The notes below the pieces were generated by a model, which saw only the letters and a list, made by a program, of their open reading frames with translations, searched no databases and was not told the DNA's origin. Made by a program: the position numbers and the translations under genes. From an uncultured cyanobacterium (GTDB taxonomy: Bacteria > Cyanobacteriota > Cyanobacteriia > CAKZMO01): a stretch of DNA of 64,000 bases. Location of the stretch: positions 301,079 to 365,078 of the forward strand of contig CAVRCJ010000001.1 in NCBI GenBank assembly GCA_963719515.1, read 5' to 3'. Below are positions 8,894 through 18,522 of the stretch, piece by piece (position 1 is the first letter of the stretch; each line of letters opens with the position of its first letter).

Positions 8894-11800
8894 CTACGAA
8901 GTCAAAGATTGCGCTAGCTCAACGATGAATTCAGTGCCCTCGCCAGGGTTAGAGTGACAGTAGAGCCTTCCCTGATGGTTACCCGTGACAATTTGGTAGC
9001 TGATGGAGAGCCCCATCCCTGTGCCAACGCCAGTGGGTTTAGTAGTAAAGAAGGGGTTGAAAATGCTGGACTGGGTCGCTGTGTCCATCCCGATGCCGTT
9101 ATCTTTCACCGAGATAGAAATCTTGCTTTCAGAAAGGACTGAGGTCTCAATCGTTAGCTTTCCCCCATAGCCTGAGTCCTCGCTGGCCTGTCGCTCTTCA
9201 ATGGCATCGACAGCATTTACCAATAGATTTAAAAACACTTGGTCAAGCAAACTGCCATAGCACTCAATGCGGGGCAGTTTGCCATATTGTTTGACTACGT
9301 CAATTCTTGGGTTGCCCGCTCGACCGTTAAGACGGTTTTGTAAAATGATGAGGGAATTGTCGATATACTCGTGAACGTCGATCGCCGAGTAATTGGCCTG
9401 ATTTAGATGGGAGAACGTCCGCAAAGACTGAACAATATTCTGAATGCGCGTCGCTCCATTTTCCATAGACGCCAATAGCTTGGGAAAATCGCTGAGGATG
9501 TAGTCTGCGTCGATTTGGCTGATGAGCTTATCGATCGCGCTAGGAGGCTCTGGATAATGTTGTTGATAGAGCTGAATCAACGCCGCTAAACTGTTGGCAT
9601 AGTCAGACGCTGCGGCTAAGTTCCCGTAGATAAAGCCCACAGGATTGTTGATCTCATGGGCGATGCCTGCAACAAGCTGCCCCAAACTCGACATCTTTTC
9701 AGCTTGGACAAGATGAATCTGGGCATCTTGTAGCTCTTGATAAGAGCGCTGCAGCTGCTCAGTTTTAGCCTGAGACTCTTTGTAAATCTGGGCCTGAGAG
9801 ATGGCAATCGCCACCTGATTGGCAATACTTTGAAACAGCTCCACTTCTTCGTCTTTCCAGGGCTGATCGCTAGTCGCCCGGCCAATATGCAAGCTGCCGA
9901 TTTCAACGCCAGCAGTATGGATAGGTAAGCACAAGAGAGCAGAAATGCCAGACGATTTGAGCTTATCGATTAGGGTTTCATTGTGTGGCTCTGTCAAGCT
10001 GTCGATGCGGTAGATTTGATTGTTAATAATGCTCTCAAAGAGTTGAGGAAAATTTTCAGAACGATAGGTTCCGACACAGCTGCGCAGCCCGCTCACTTTC
10101 CTCTCTTCTACCACCTCTATCTGCCCTGAGGGCAGACCTGAGCTGTCGCTATCTTTGGTGTACCAAGCAAAAACGCAGCTATCCACCGGAAACTCCACAA
10201 CAATGCCAGTGACGAGATTGCGTAGAATAATGTTGAGATCGAGGGAGTCGCGAATTTCTGAACCGATGCGGTTGAGGAGCTGCGCTCGGCTAAGCAAGTG
10301 GTGGACCTGCGCTTCAGCTTGCCGGCGATCGGTTACATCTTGTATAGTGACCACCACCCCAAAAACGCTCCCGTTTAGATCTTTTAGAGGCGCTTTGTTG
10401 GTCACAAGCCAGCGCTGTTCACCACCGGGTACCGTCAAGGGCTCCTCAATTCCAAGCGTTGGTTTACCCGACTCCATCACCTCTCTATCGTCAGCGCGAA
10501 AGTGCTCAGCTTCGCTTTGGTCTACGACAATTTCGAAATCGGTCTTGCCGACAATTTCAGCTGAGGATTTAAATCCAAGAATTGTGGCGAGCTGCTGATT
10601 ACAGCCTAAATAGACAGAATTACGATCTTTCCAATTGACCGGTATTGGCAGCGTGTCTAGCACCGTCTGCAAGAACTGCTCTCGCTCTCGCAGGGCAGCT
10701 GTACGTTCCTCAACCTTAATCTCTAGCTGTTGGTTGAGCTGCTCCGACAAAACTAATGCCCGCTGGCGCTCTAGCTCCGCTGCTGCGCGAGCAGCAAAGA
10801 CGTGCAGAATTCGGATTGTCTGCTGTGGCGCTTGAAGAGCCTGCTTGTGCATGACAAACAGGGTACCGATAGCATTTCCTGCACCATCGCGCAGGGCGAC
10901 ACCGAGATAGGCCCGCAGATCGCCCCAGGGGTGATCTGCGGCCTCCGCAAAGGTATCTTTGATGGGGCCTTCCAAGTAAAACGAGCCGTCTTGTAAGGTA
11001 CGCCCGCAGGGAAGGGTGGTGGCATCAAAGGGGGGCAAGTCTTGAAGCTTGCCATCAGCCCAAGATGCCAAGACATGAAGCTTGTTGTCAATCCATTCAG
11101 TGATACCGGCGTGGGAAACGTTGAGGCCCTGTGAGATATGCCTGGCCAATGCAGGAAAAAAGTCCTGCCCGGTGGTCGCTGCTGTGCCCTCAAATAGGTT
11201 TTGCAGCTGTGCTTCAGCTTGCTTACGCTCGGTAATATCTCGAACGACAACCAAAACCTCTTGCGCGTTGAGAGGAGCAATGCGAACTTCTTCGTGGCGC
11301 AAGTCTCCGTCGAAATCGAAGATCTGCTCGTAAACCTGTAGGCTCTCGCTTTCAATGGCCTGGTTAGCGTAATGGAGGCGCTGCTGTGCTAGCTCAGGGG
11401 GCAGCGCCGCATAGACGTCTCGGTTATCAAGCAATTGGGGAGGATGTTTGATGTGAACGGCGCTTCCCCCAGCGATGCGGCTGTAGCGCCCGTGCCGATC
11501 CATCTGAATCAGCAGGTCAGGCATCGTGTTGATGATGGCGCGGTTGGTCAATTCACTCTGCCGCAAAGCCGCCTCGGCCCGCTTCCGCTCGCTGATGTCC
11601 CGAATCATCAGCAAGACTTCATCGTCACCGCTCTTGATCAGGCGCACCTCCTCGTCCTGAAAGCGATCGCCCACCTGCACCCGCTGCTCGTAGATCTGCA
11701 GCTCTCCGGTGCGTAAAGCCTGCTCTATATAGTAGCGCTGTTTAACCGCAATTTTCTCTGGAAGCACATCTGCCATCGCCAGCCCAGTCGGATCGACAGA

Positions 11801-12886
11801 TTCAGGAATGATGACGAGTCCGCGCCGGTCCGTTACAGCTTCCCGATAAACGCCATCAGCACCGATGCGCAGCATGTAGTCCGGAATGACGGCCAAAAGC
11901 GCTCGGCTTTCAGCCTCTCGCTGCTGCAGCGCTATCTCGGCCTGCTTGCGATCGCTAATGTCAATAAGGATACCGACATAGCCAACAATTTTCCCGCAGC
12001 CATCGTGCTCTGCCATAGCCTGACAGTAGGCCCAAACGACCGTCCCATCAGGTCGAAGGAAACGGCACTCAAGCCGAATTTCGCGCTGCTCTTGAACCGA
12101 TTGCTCCCAAGCTCCGACGACAGGGCTGTGGTCCTCGGGATGGATGGACTGCTGCCAGCCGGCTCTGAGAGAGGACTCTAAGGTCGCGCCCGTGATTTTA
12201 CAGTAGCGATCGTTGACATAGGTGCAGCTGCCTAACGCATCGGTGCGGAAAATGCCGACAGGGACCACAGCGGCTAGAGACGCATAACGACGCTCGCTTT
12301 CAAGCAAAAGCGCTTCGATTCGCCGGCGTTCGTTCAGCTCTTGGTCTAATGCGAGCTGGAGGCTTTCACAGGTGACTAAACCGATGGGGTAGTCCTGTTC
12401 ATTCAAGATGGGCAGCTGCCGACCGCAATGCTGCTGAATTAGGGCGATCGCCGCAGACACATCGACCAGCTCAGCCTCCCTGAGGCTAAGGGTAGCCGGC
12501 GTCATGACTTGTCCAACAGTGTCGGAGGGCGATCGCTGTTGGGCGCTCAGGCGCACGACGTCCGCCTCGGTCAACATCCCGGCGTATCGTCCATTGTCTA
12601 CAACGAGCACGCAGCTTGACCGTATCCGCTGATGGAGCGGCAAGTTGCTCCCCCTATGCTGGAAGGAGGGCGACCCGGAGGCCTTTGGTAGGGAGGCACC
12701 GCCTCGGACGCGACGCCCCTGTACATTGCTTACCGCGACGCCGCTCCTCTGAACCTCGTTGGTCTGGGCAATCTCCCCCTGGGCCTTACTCATCAGAACA
12801 ATCGCGTCTACTGCTGCCGTATCCGGCGAAACAATGAGCGGGTTCCGTATGATAAACGGTCCAAGGTCTGCAAGATTTGAGGGCAT
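8894..12886 (-). CDS. Multi-sensor histidine kinase (CBS-PAS-GAF-PAS-GAF-HisKA-HATPase)
   Basis: H-box VAGIAHEINNP, N-box QVFLNLLVNAVDAI, FNPFFTTKP, GTGMGLSIS; repeated PAS/PAC ends such as DISDRKQAE. Confidence 0.93.
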   Translation of the reverse strand: MPSNLADLGPFIIRNPLIVSPDTAAVDAIVLMSKAQGEIAQTNEVQRSGVAVSNVQGRRVRGGASLPKASGSPSFQHRGSNLPLHQRIRSSCVLVVDNGRYAGMLTEADVVRLSAQQRSPSDTVGQVMTPATLSLREAELVDVSAAIALIQQHCGRQLPILNEQDYPIGLVTCESLQLALDQELNERRRIEALLLESERRYASLAAVVPVGIFRTDALGSCTYVNDRYCKITGATLESSLRAGWQQSIHPEDHSPVVGAWEQSVQEQREIRLECRFLRPDGTVVWAYCQAMAEHDGCGKIVGYVGILIDISDRKQAEIALQQREAESRALLAVIPDYMLRIGADGVYREAVTDRRGLVIIPESVDPTGLAMADVLPEKIAVKQRYYIEQALRTGELQIYEQRVQVGDRFQDEEVRLIKSGDDEVLLMIRDISERKRAEAALRQSELTNRAIINTMPDLLIQMDRHGRYSRIAGGSAVHIKHPPQLLDNRDVYAALPPELAQQRLHYANQAIESESLQVYEQIFDFDGDLRHEEVRIAPLNAQEVLVVVRDITERKQAEAQLQNLFEGTAATTGQDFFPALARHISQGLNVSHAGITEWIDNKLHVLASWADGKLQDLPPFDATTLPCGRTLQDGSFYLEGPIKDTFAEAADHPWGDLRAYLGVALRDGAGNAIGTLFVMHKQALQAPQQTIRILHVFAARAAAELERQRALVLSEQLNQQLEIKVEERTAALREREQFLQTVLDTLPIPVNWKDRNSVYLGCNQQLATILGFKSSAEIVGKTDFEIVVDQSEAEHFRADDREVMESGKPTLGIEEPLTVPGGEQRWLVTNKAPLKDLNGSVFGVVVTIQDVTDRRQAEAQVHHLLSRAQLLNRIGSEIRDSLDLNIILRNLVTGIVVEFPVDSCVFAWYTKDSDSSGLPSGQIEVVEERKVSGLRSCVGTYRSENFPQLFESIINNQIYRIDSLTEPHNETLIDKLKSSGISALLCLPIHTAGVEIGSLHIGRATSDQPWKDEEVELFQSIANQVAIAISQAQIYKESQAKTEQLQRSYQELQDAQIHLVQAEKMSSLGQLVAGIAHEINNPVGFIYGNLAAASDYANSLAALIQLYQQHYPEPPSAIDKLISQIDADYILSDFPKLLASMENGATRIQNIVQSLRTFSHLNQANYSAIDVHEYIDNSLIILQNRLNGRAGNPRIDVVKQYGKLPRIECYGSLLDQVFLNLLVNAVDAIEERQASEDSGYGGKLTIETSVLSESKISISVKDNGIGMDTATQSSIFNPFFTTKPTGVGTGMGLSISYQIVTGNHQGRLYCHSNPGEGTEFIVELAQSLTS

Positions 12887-13176
12887 AGGGCTGTGGGCTT
12901 ATTCCTTCTTCCGGCGGCAGCACCTCTCTAAATACTTAGAGGCAAAGATTCACCTTGCGATCGCTGTCTCGTGCATAGGATTGAGAGATCTATTATTTAG
13001 ACTGAACTTCGCGGGCGATCGCTGTCTTGACATGGGTTTCCCGCACCCTAGATAGATTATAGTCGAAGGCTTCCCTACAGCAATTTCTCTAAAAACTATT
13101 CCTTATTGCCAAAACTGCTGCGGTTTGATCTTTAAACCAGCAGGCCCAGCGCCGCAAATCTCCGCTGCCGCCCGTC

Positions 13177-14694
13177 TCAACGCTGCCATTCTAGCCACTT
13201 CGCCGCAAGCTTCTTAATCAACGGCGTGAACTGCTGCAGGCTATACGCTTCTGCGGCTTTGCGGATCACCTCCGCCTGGGTGGGGTAGGGGTGAATGACG
13301 TCAGCGATCGCCCCGAGCCCTAGTCCCTTGGTCATCGCCAGGGTGATTTCGTTGATTATTTCCCCCGCGTGGGCCGCCACCACCGTCGCCCCCAAGATGC
13401 GGTCTTTGCTTGGGGCTAGGTAAATCTTGGCAAACCCCTCGGTCTCCCCATCGGCGATCGCCCGATCGACGTCGCCCAAAGGCACGTGAAAGACGCGACA
13501 GCCCGCCTGTGACGCCTCGCTCGCCGAGAGACCCACCTGTGCGAGCTCAGGGTCGGTATAAACGCAGGACGGCATCGTGAGATCGTTCAGCTCACGACAC
13601 CCGATGCCAAAGGGGGCAAACAGAGCATTTTGAACAACAATGCGGGCCGCTGCATCCGCCGCGTGGGTAAACTTCCAGGCCATGCAGCAGTCCCCTACGG
13701 CGTAGATGGTAGGGCTGGAGGTTTGTAGACGCTCGTTGATGAGGATGCCTTTCTTTTTGTCGGCTTTGACGCCCCCCTGCTCTAGCCCCAAGCTGCTGAT
13801 GTTGGGGGCACGGCCGACGCTCACCAGCACGGCGTCCACCTCCACCGAGCGGGCGGCCCCGTTGCTCTCGTAATGCACGACCTTTGCGCTACCCTGCTGC
13901 GCTACCCGCGTCACGTCGGCGTTGAGCAGCAGGGTTACCCCCTCATGGGCAAACCGGCGCTGCAGGAGCTCCGACACTTCAGGCTCACCAGCGCTGAGAA
14001 TGCGATCGCCTCGCTGCAGCAGCGTTACCGCCGTTCCCAGGCGCTGAAACGCCTGGGCCAGCTCGCAGCCGATATAGCCGCCGCCAATCACCGCCAGTCG
14101 TTGAGGACGCTCGGTGAGGTTGAAGATATTCTCGTTGGTGAGGTGCTCTACGGTGTCTAGTCCCTCAATGGGCGGCAGCACCGGACTAGAGCCGGTAGCA
14201 ATGACGGCTTTCTTGAACCGCAGAATTTGGGTGCCGACGGCGATCGCATCTTTGCTGATAAATTTGGCTTCGCCGAAGAAAAGGTCAATGCCATATGTCT
14301 TGACCATATGCTCGGCGGAGTCGTTCTCGCTGATTTCGGCCCGCACCTGGCGCACCCGTTCCATTACTTCAGAAAAATTGACTGCGACGCCTTCAGGGAC
14401 ATTGACGCCAAAGCGATGAGCCTGCCGCACCTCATGGGCGGCGCGGGCGGCGCGAATCAAGGTTTTGGAGGGGATGCAGCCGACGTTGGTGCAGTCGCCC
14501 CCTAGCAAATGCTTTTCGATTAGAGCGACTTTACCGCCCAATAGACCGGCCCCGCCCGCGGTGACTAGGCCAGCAGTGCCGCCGCCAATGACAACCAGGT
14601 TATAGCGCTCGGCGGGGGTGGGATTTTGCCAGTTTGGAGGGTGAACGTGGGAGAGAAGGGTGCGGTTGTGGTGGTCGAGGGGAGAAAGGGTCAT
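13177..14694 (-). CDS. Mercuric-reductase-like pyridine nucleotide-disulfide oxidoreductase
   Basis: GGGTAG FAD motif, GGDCTNVGCIPSK redox disulfide, GGGYIG, HPYPT; no C-terminal Cys-Cys pair. Confidence 0.85.
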   Translation of the reverse strand: MTLSPLDHHNRTLLSHVHPPNWQNPTPAERYNLVVIGGGTAGLVTAGGAGLLGGKVALIEKHLLGGDCTNVGCIPSKTLIRAARAAHEVRQAHRFGVNVPEGVAVNFSEVMERVRQVRAEISENDSAEHMVKTYGIDLFFGEAKFISKDAIAVGTQILRFKKAVIATGSSPVLPPIEGLDTVEHLTNENIFNLTERPQRLAVIGGGYIGCELAQAFQRLGTAVTLLQRGDRILSAGEPEVSELLQRRFAHEGVTLLLNADVTRVAQQGSAKVVHYESNGAARSVEVDAVLVSVGRAPNISSLGLEQGGVKADKKKGILINERLQTSSPTIYAVGDCCMAWKFTHAADAAARIVVQNALFAPFGIGCRELNDLTMPSCVYTDPELAQVGLSASEASQAGCRVFHVPLGDVDRAIADGETEGFAKIYLAPSKDRILGATVVAAHAGEIINEITLAMTKGLGLGAIADVIHPYPTQAEVIRKAAEAYSLQQFTPLIKKLAAKWLEWQR

Positions 14695-14814
14695 GGCGAT
14701 CGCCCAATGTTTAGCGCTGTCAGCGGCTATTGCTTTTGCAGGCTGCACCGGCAGTCGTAAGAAAGAATCATATACTGAAAAAACGTGGCGCAGTAGTTAT
14801 CTGGAAGCTGTCAT

Positions 14815-15306
14815 ATGAATCGCCGGCTGTTCTCTAAGCTCTCGCTCGCTTTTGCGGCAGGGGGCATTGCCTTATCAGGCTGCTCAGGGGCCAGAAGCAG
14901 TGCCGCAGGTCGGCAAACGTCCCTCTCAGCGGTGAACAAGCTGATGGTATTCCGCAGCCCAACCTGCGGCTGCTGCGAACAGTGGGTCGACCACATGACG
15001 GCAGCAGGCTTTCAGGTGCAGGATAAGGTTACCGATGAGATGGTGATGGTGAAGCAGCGCTATGGGGTGCCGCCGCAGCTAGAGTCTTGCCACACCGCCC
15101 TGGTCAATGGCTACGTTATCGAAGGTCATGTCCCAGCGGCGGATGTGCAGCGGCTGCTCGCGGAGCGTCCCGACGTGGCGGGAATTGCGGCACCGGGGAT
15201 GCCTGCCGGCTCTCCTGGTATGGAGCAGGGCGATCGCATCGATCCCTACAGGGTAGTTTCCTTCACGGCAGGCGGGGCAACAGCTATTTTCGCAGAGCAT
15301 TTATAA
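14815..15306 (+). CDS. DUF411-type metal-binding protein with Tat/lipoprotein signal
   Basis: RRLF twin-arginine, LSGC lipobox; SPTCGCC, SCHTA, EGHVPA and PGMPAGSPGM motifs. Confidence 0.85.
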   Translation: MNRRLFSKLSLAFAAGGIALSGCSGARSSAAGRQTSLSAVNKLMVFRSPTCGCCEQWVDHMTAAGFQVQDKVTDEMVMVKQRYGVPPQLESCHTALVNGYVIEGHVPAADVQRLLAERPDVAGIAAPGMPAGSPGMEQGDRIDPYRVVSFTAGGATAIFAEHL

Positions 15307-15555
15307 CCACTGATCGCTTTCTAGCAGACGCTTCGACTGGGCGGGCATCTCTTGGTGGCAAGAGCCACATCGCCAATACACTTCGCCGGAACGAACGTGA
15401 CGCAGCAGTACGTCGGAACAACAGAGGCAGGTTCGTCGACCTCGGGGAGCTGAGCATTTCTTCGAATCGGTCAACGGATGAAGGACTTCTTTGAAAGGAA
15501 CAACGTGATGTAGAGACGATGCGTTGGTATTCAGCAGTGCTTTCATGGTAATCAC
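15301..15555 (-). CDS. Small cyanobacterial zinc-ribbon protein
   Basis: CLCCSDVLLRHVRSGEVYWRCGSCHQEMP pattern. Confidence 0.65.
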   Translation of the reverse strand: MITMKALLNTNASSLHHVVPFKEVLHPLTDSKKCSAPRGRRTCLCCSDVLLRHVRSGEVYWRCGSCHQEMPAQSKRLLESDQWL

Positions 15556-16073
15556 CGTTAAATTTAAAGTGGTTTTGTTAAAGCGAAGTTAGTTTTTAAA
15601 GGATTTAGCCGCGACAGTTAAACTATCGGTTTAAATTGGGGTCGTTAAATTGGTGAAAGAAACGATCACAGCATGCTATGAGAGACTTGATTTATTAGGT
15701 AAGTGTCAACTTATCTAAATCCGACATGCGTTTCTTCTACACAAAGGCGTAAATCGAGGTTTGAAGGCGTAGGTCTATAAGCGGACTAGCAGTACTTTAG
15801 AGCAATCTATTGGCCTCGAATTTAGTCTATGCTACGGTGCCCAGCCTGTGCTAGGACTACCAAACGTTTTGTTAACTTGTATCAAGCCAGGTAAACTTTA
15901 GAAAGTATCTTATATCGCTTAAGGAAGAAGAAAAGAGCCTAGCAGAGCTTTTGCAGCTGCCTCCTCTTATGGGTTTGGGTATGAGGGCGTGGCAAACGCT
16001 TTCCCTCTGGATAACCGCAAAGAAAATCAACAGTTATACACATTAATTGTGTAGCGATAACTAAACGTAGCTA

Positions 16074-17294
16074 TCAGGAGGAGATCGAATCGTCCCCGCG
16101 AACTGCATCGAGAATAGCCGCAAAAATACTGTCTACATCCGCCAGTGGATTGGCGGCAACAGAGCGCAGCCAATGTCGGTTATCCAGCACGCAGGTTGAC
16201 AGCATCCCGTCCGGTAAGCGGCGGCGGGCTTCTTCCGTTGAGCAGGTTAGAGGGCGAAATACCGTGACCCCGGTTTTGGGCATCGCCCACAGCTCAATAT
16301 CCGATTCAGCGCTGAGTCGCTCGGCCAAGCGGGTCGCGATCGCCATCGACCGGTCAATCCGCTCGGCAACGCCGGCCCGGCCCCAAGCCAGCAGCGTGGC
16401 CAGCAGCGGGACTGCCGCAGCACCACGAGACCCTTGAACACCTATATTCGGGTCGGTGAGATAGCTGCCGCTAAAGCTGATGGCCTTGTGGGCGTCGGGC
16501 TCCCGAAACAAAATTAAGGCTGATTCTTTGGGCTGAAAGAGCCATTTATGGGCCGATAGGGTCACCGAGTCTGCTGCCTCAACGCCCGCTAGCAAATGTC
16601 CGTGAACGGCACTGAGCCGCAGCGGTCCGCCCCAGGCGGCATCGACGTGGGTCCATTGCGCCTGGCCTATAAGATGAAGTGGGTCAATCGCTCCTGTCGT
16701 AGTGGTTCCAGCAATGAGCACGAGTGCAGCATCAGCCAGGTCGCCCAAACGACTGGCATCGAGCCGACCTCGAGCATCGAGAGGCACCTGCTCATAGGGG
16801 AGCCCCAGGATACGGGCGGCTTTCTCAACACTAACGTGAGCGGCCTGTGAAGCAACCACTCTTTTGACGCCTTTTCCATCCCGCGCGGCCCACAGGGCTG
16901 TCAGGTTGGCCAGCGTCGAACCGGAACAGAGGTGACCACTCGCCATCCCAAAAAAAGGCGTCAGCCAATCTATGACGAGCCGTTCGGCCTCGGTGGCGAA
17001 GGGGGCAGTGGAGCGGTGGAGCAGGTTTTGATTGAGACGGGCATTCCAAAGCGCCATGGCCCAGGTAATCCATGGGGTGGGCGGATCCATATGGGCAAGA
17101 ACATGGCGATCGCCAAGGGCAGCTGCACCGCCCAGAACATGGGGCGCAAGGCGCTCTAAGGTCTCTAGCTCTCCTAAACCCTGCTCGGGGCATGAGGCGG
17201 GTAGATCAGCCGCATTGAAGGGGGCCTGGCGCAGTAGCTCAACCGCGCGCTCTAGTCCGGCATTAGGTGAAAAACTGCTATCAAAATGACTCAT
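16074..17294 (-). CDS. Group II PLP-dependent decarboxylase
   Basis: HVDAAWGG, SAHKWLF (PLP Lys) and GTTTTGAIDP motifs. Confidence 0.88.
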   Translation of the reverse strand: MSHFDSSFSPNAGLERAVELLRQAPFNAADLPASCPEQGLGELETLERLAPHVLGGAAALGDRHVLAHMDPPTPWITWAMALWNARLNQNLLHRSTAPFATEAERLVIDWLTPFFGMASGHLCSGSTLANLTALWAARDGKGVKRVVASQAAHVSVEKAARILGLPYEQVPLDARGRLDASRLGDLADAALVLIAGTTTTGAIDPLHLIGQAQWTHVDAAWGGPLRLSAVHGHLLAGVEAADSVTLSAHKWLFQPKESALILFREPDAHKAISFSGSYLTDPNIGVQGSRGAAAVPLLATLLAWGRAGVAERIDRSMAIATRLAERLSAESDIELWAMPKTGVTVFRPLTCSTEEARRRLPDGMLSTCVLDNRHWLRSVAANPLADVDSIFAAILDAVRGDDSISS

Positions 17295-17479
17295 GCGATT
17301 CTGCCGTTACCCTCCATCCAACTCGCTCTTAAAGCTAATATCTATAAAAATCTTTGCAGACTAGCGCCATGCGCCCCCAAAGCGAAGAACCAGAACGGCG
17401 ACGGTGCCCCCCCGCAAAACCTCTCGATTGTATACTCGAATTCTAAGGGAACGAGCGTTTATGGGATTTTGCGACCACT

Positions 17480-18259
17480 ATGCTACCGAAGGACGACTTG
17501 CTCAAGGCGGTTGAGAATCGAGAAACCGCGACTCGTGTGATCGACCAGGCGGAGCAGGCGCTGCGCACCTGGGAGATTGTTCAGACGGGGTTCCTATCGC
17601 CGCCGGAGCTGATGGATGCTGAGGCTATGTTTCAGCAGCTTACAGAGCTGACTAGCCTTGCGGGCGGGGGCTATCCTCAGGCTGAGCGCCAGCGCCTCGC
17701 GATCGCCCGCTCTGAGCTACCCCTAGACCCCTCTCAGATTGAGCTTACCGCCATTAGCATCGCCGGAAATTTCCTCTTTGACACGGCGACCCACCGCGAC
17801 TTTATGGGGGCGCTGCTAGGGACAGGTATCGTGCGCGATAAGGTGGGAGACATCGTCGTGCTGGGCGATCGCGGGGCGCAGGCGGTGGTGGTGCCGGAAC
17901 TGGTAGAGTTTTTGCAGATGAGCTTGACCCAGGTGCGTACGGTGCCGGTGAAGGTGGAGCCCATCGATCTAGGTGAGCTGAAGGTGCGCGAACCCCGCCG
18001 CAAGGAGATGACTACGGTGGAGGCGTCGCTGCGGTTAGACGCGATCGCCTCGGCGGGCTTTGGTATGTCCCGCAGCAAGATGGTGGACCTGATCAGCGGC
18101 GGCAGCGTGCGGGTGAACTGGCGGGATGTGACCCAATCTAGCCACCAGCTTGCTGCGGGGGATCTAGTGGCGATTCGCGGTAAGGGGCGGCTGGAAATTG
18201 GGGAGGTCAGCGTGACGAAGAAGGACCGTTATCGAGTGAATCTGACGCGGCTGGTGTAA
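17480..18259 (+). CDS. Photosystem II S4-domain protein (YlmH/Sll1252 family)
   Basis: GGYPQAERQR, ATHRDFMGALLG, SLRLDAIASAGFGMSRSKM S4 motif. Confidence 0.9.
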   Translation: MLPKDDLLKAVENRETATRVIDQAEQALRTWEIVQTGFLSPPELMDAEAMFQQLTELTSLAGGGYPQAERQRLAIARSELPLDPSQIELTAISIAGNFLFDTATHRDFMGALLGTGIVRDKVGDIVVLGDRGAQAVVVPELVEFLQMSLTQVRTVPVKVEPIDLGELKVREPRRKEMTTVEASLRLDAIASAGFGMSRSKMVDLISGGSVRVNWRDVTQSSHQLAAGDLVAIRGKGRLEIGEVSVTKKDRYRVNLTRLV

Positions 18260-18332
18260 GTGCTATGCGTCTTGGCTGATGCTGTGTTATCTTGGTTATC
18301 CGCGTGGGTGTTACTTACCTGCTGTGGATTCC

Positions 18333-18406
18333 GGACGTATAGCTCAGTTGGTTAGAGCACCACGTTGACATCGTGGGGGTCACTGGTTCGAGTCCAGTTA
18401 CGTCCA
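18333..18406 (+). tRNA. trnV: tRNA-Val(GAC)
   Basis: Cloverleaf GGACGTA/TACGTCC acceptor stem, GCTC/GAGC D stem, CCACG-TTGACAT-CGTGG anticodon arm, ACTGG-TTCGAGT-CCAGT T arm; CCA not encoded. Confidence 0.97.
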
Positions 18407-18450
18407 TCTCCTAAAGCATAGTGCTCGGTACAAATACGGTACGGTGCTAT

Positions 18451-18485
18451 TTTCTAGCCCCCGTAATCGTTTCGGGGTCTAGAAA
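18451..18485. terminator. Hairpin between tRNA-Val and the convergent caspase gene
   Basis: tttctagcccccg...cggggtctagaaa inverted repeat. Confidence 0.5.
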
Positions 18486-18522
18486 GTGCCCTATCCTGAC
18501 CTTTGCGACCTGGCGCGACGAT

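Noticed and set aside
13177-14694. True merA mercury-resistance gene
   Set aside because: Lacks the C-terminal Cys-Cys pair and N-terminal metal-binding domain; no merR, merT or merP nearby
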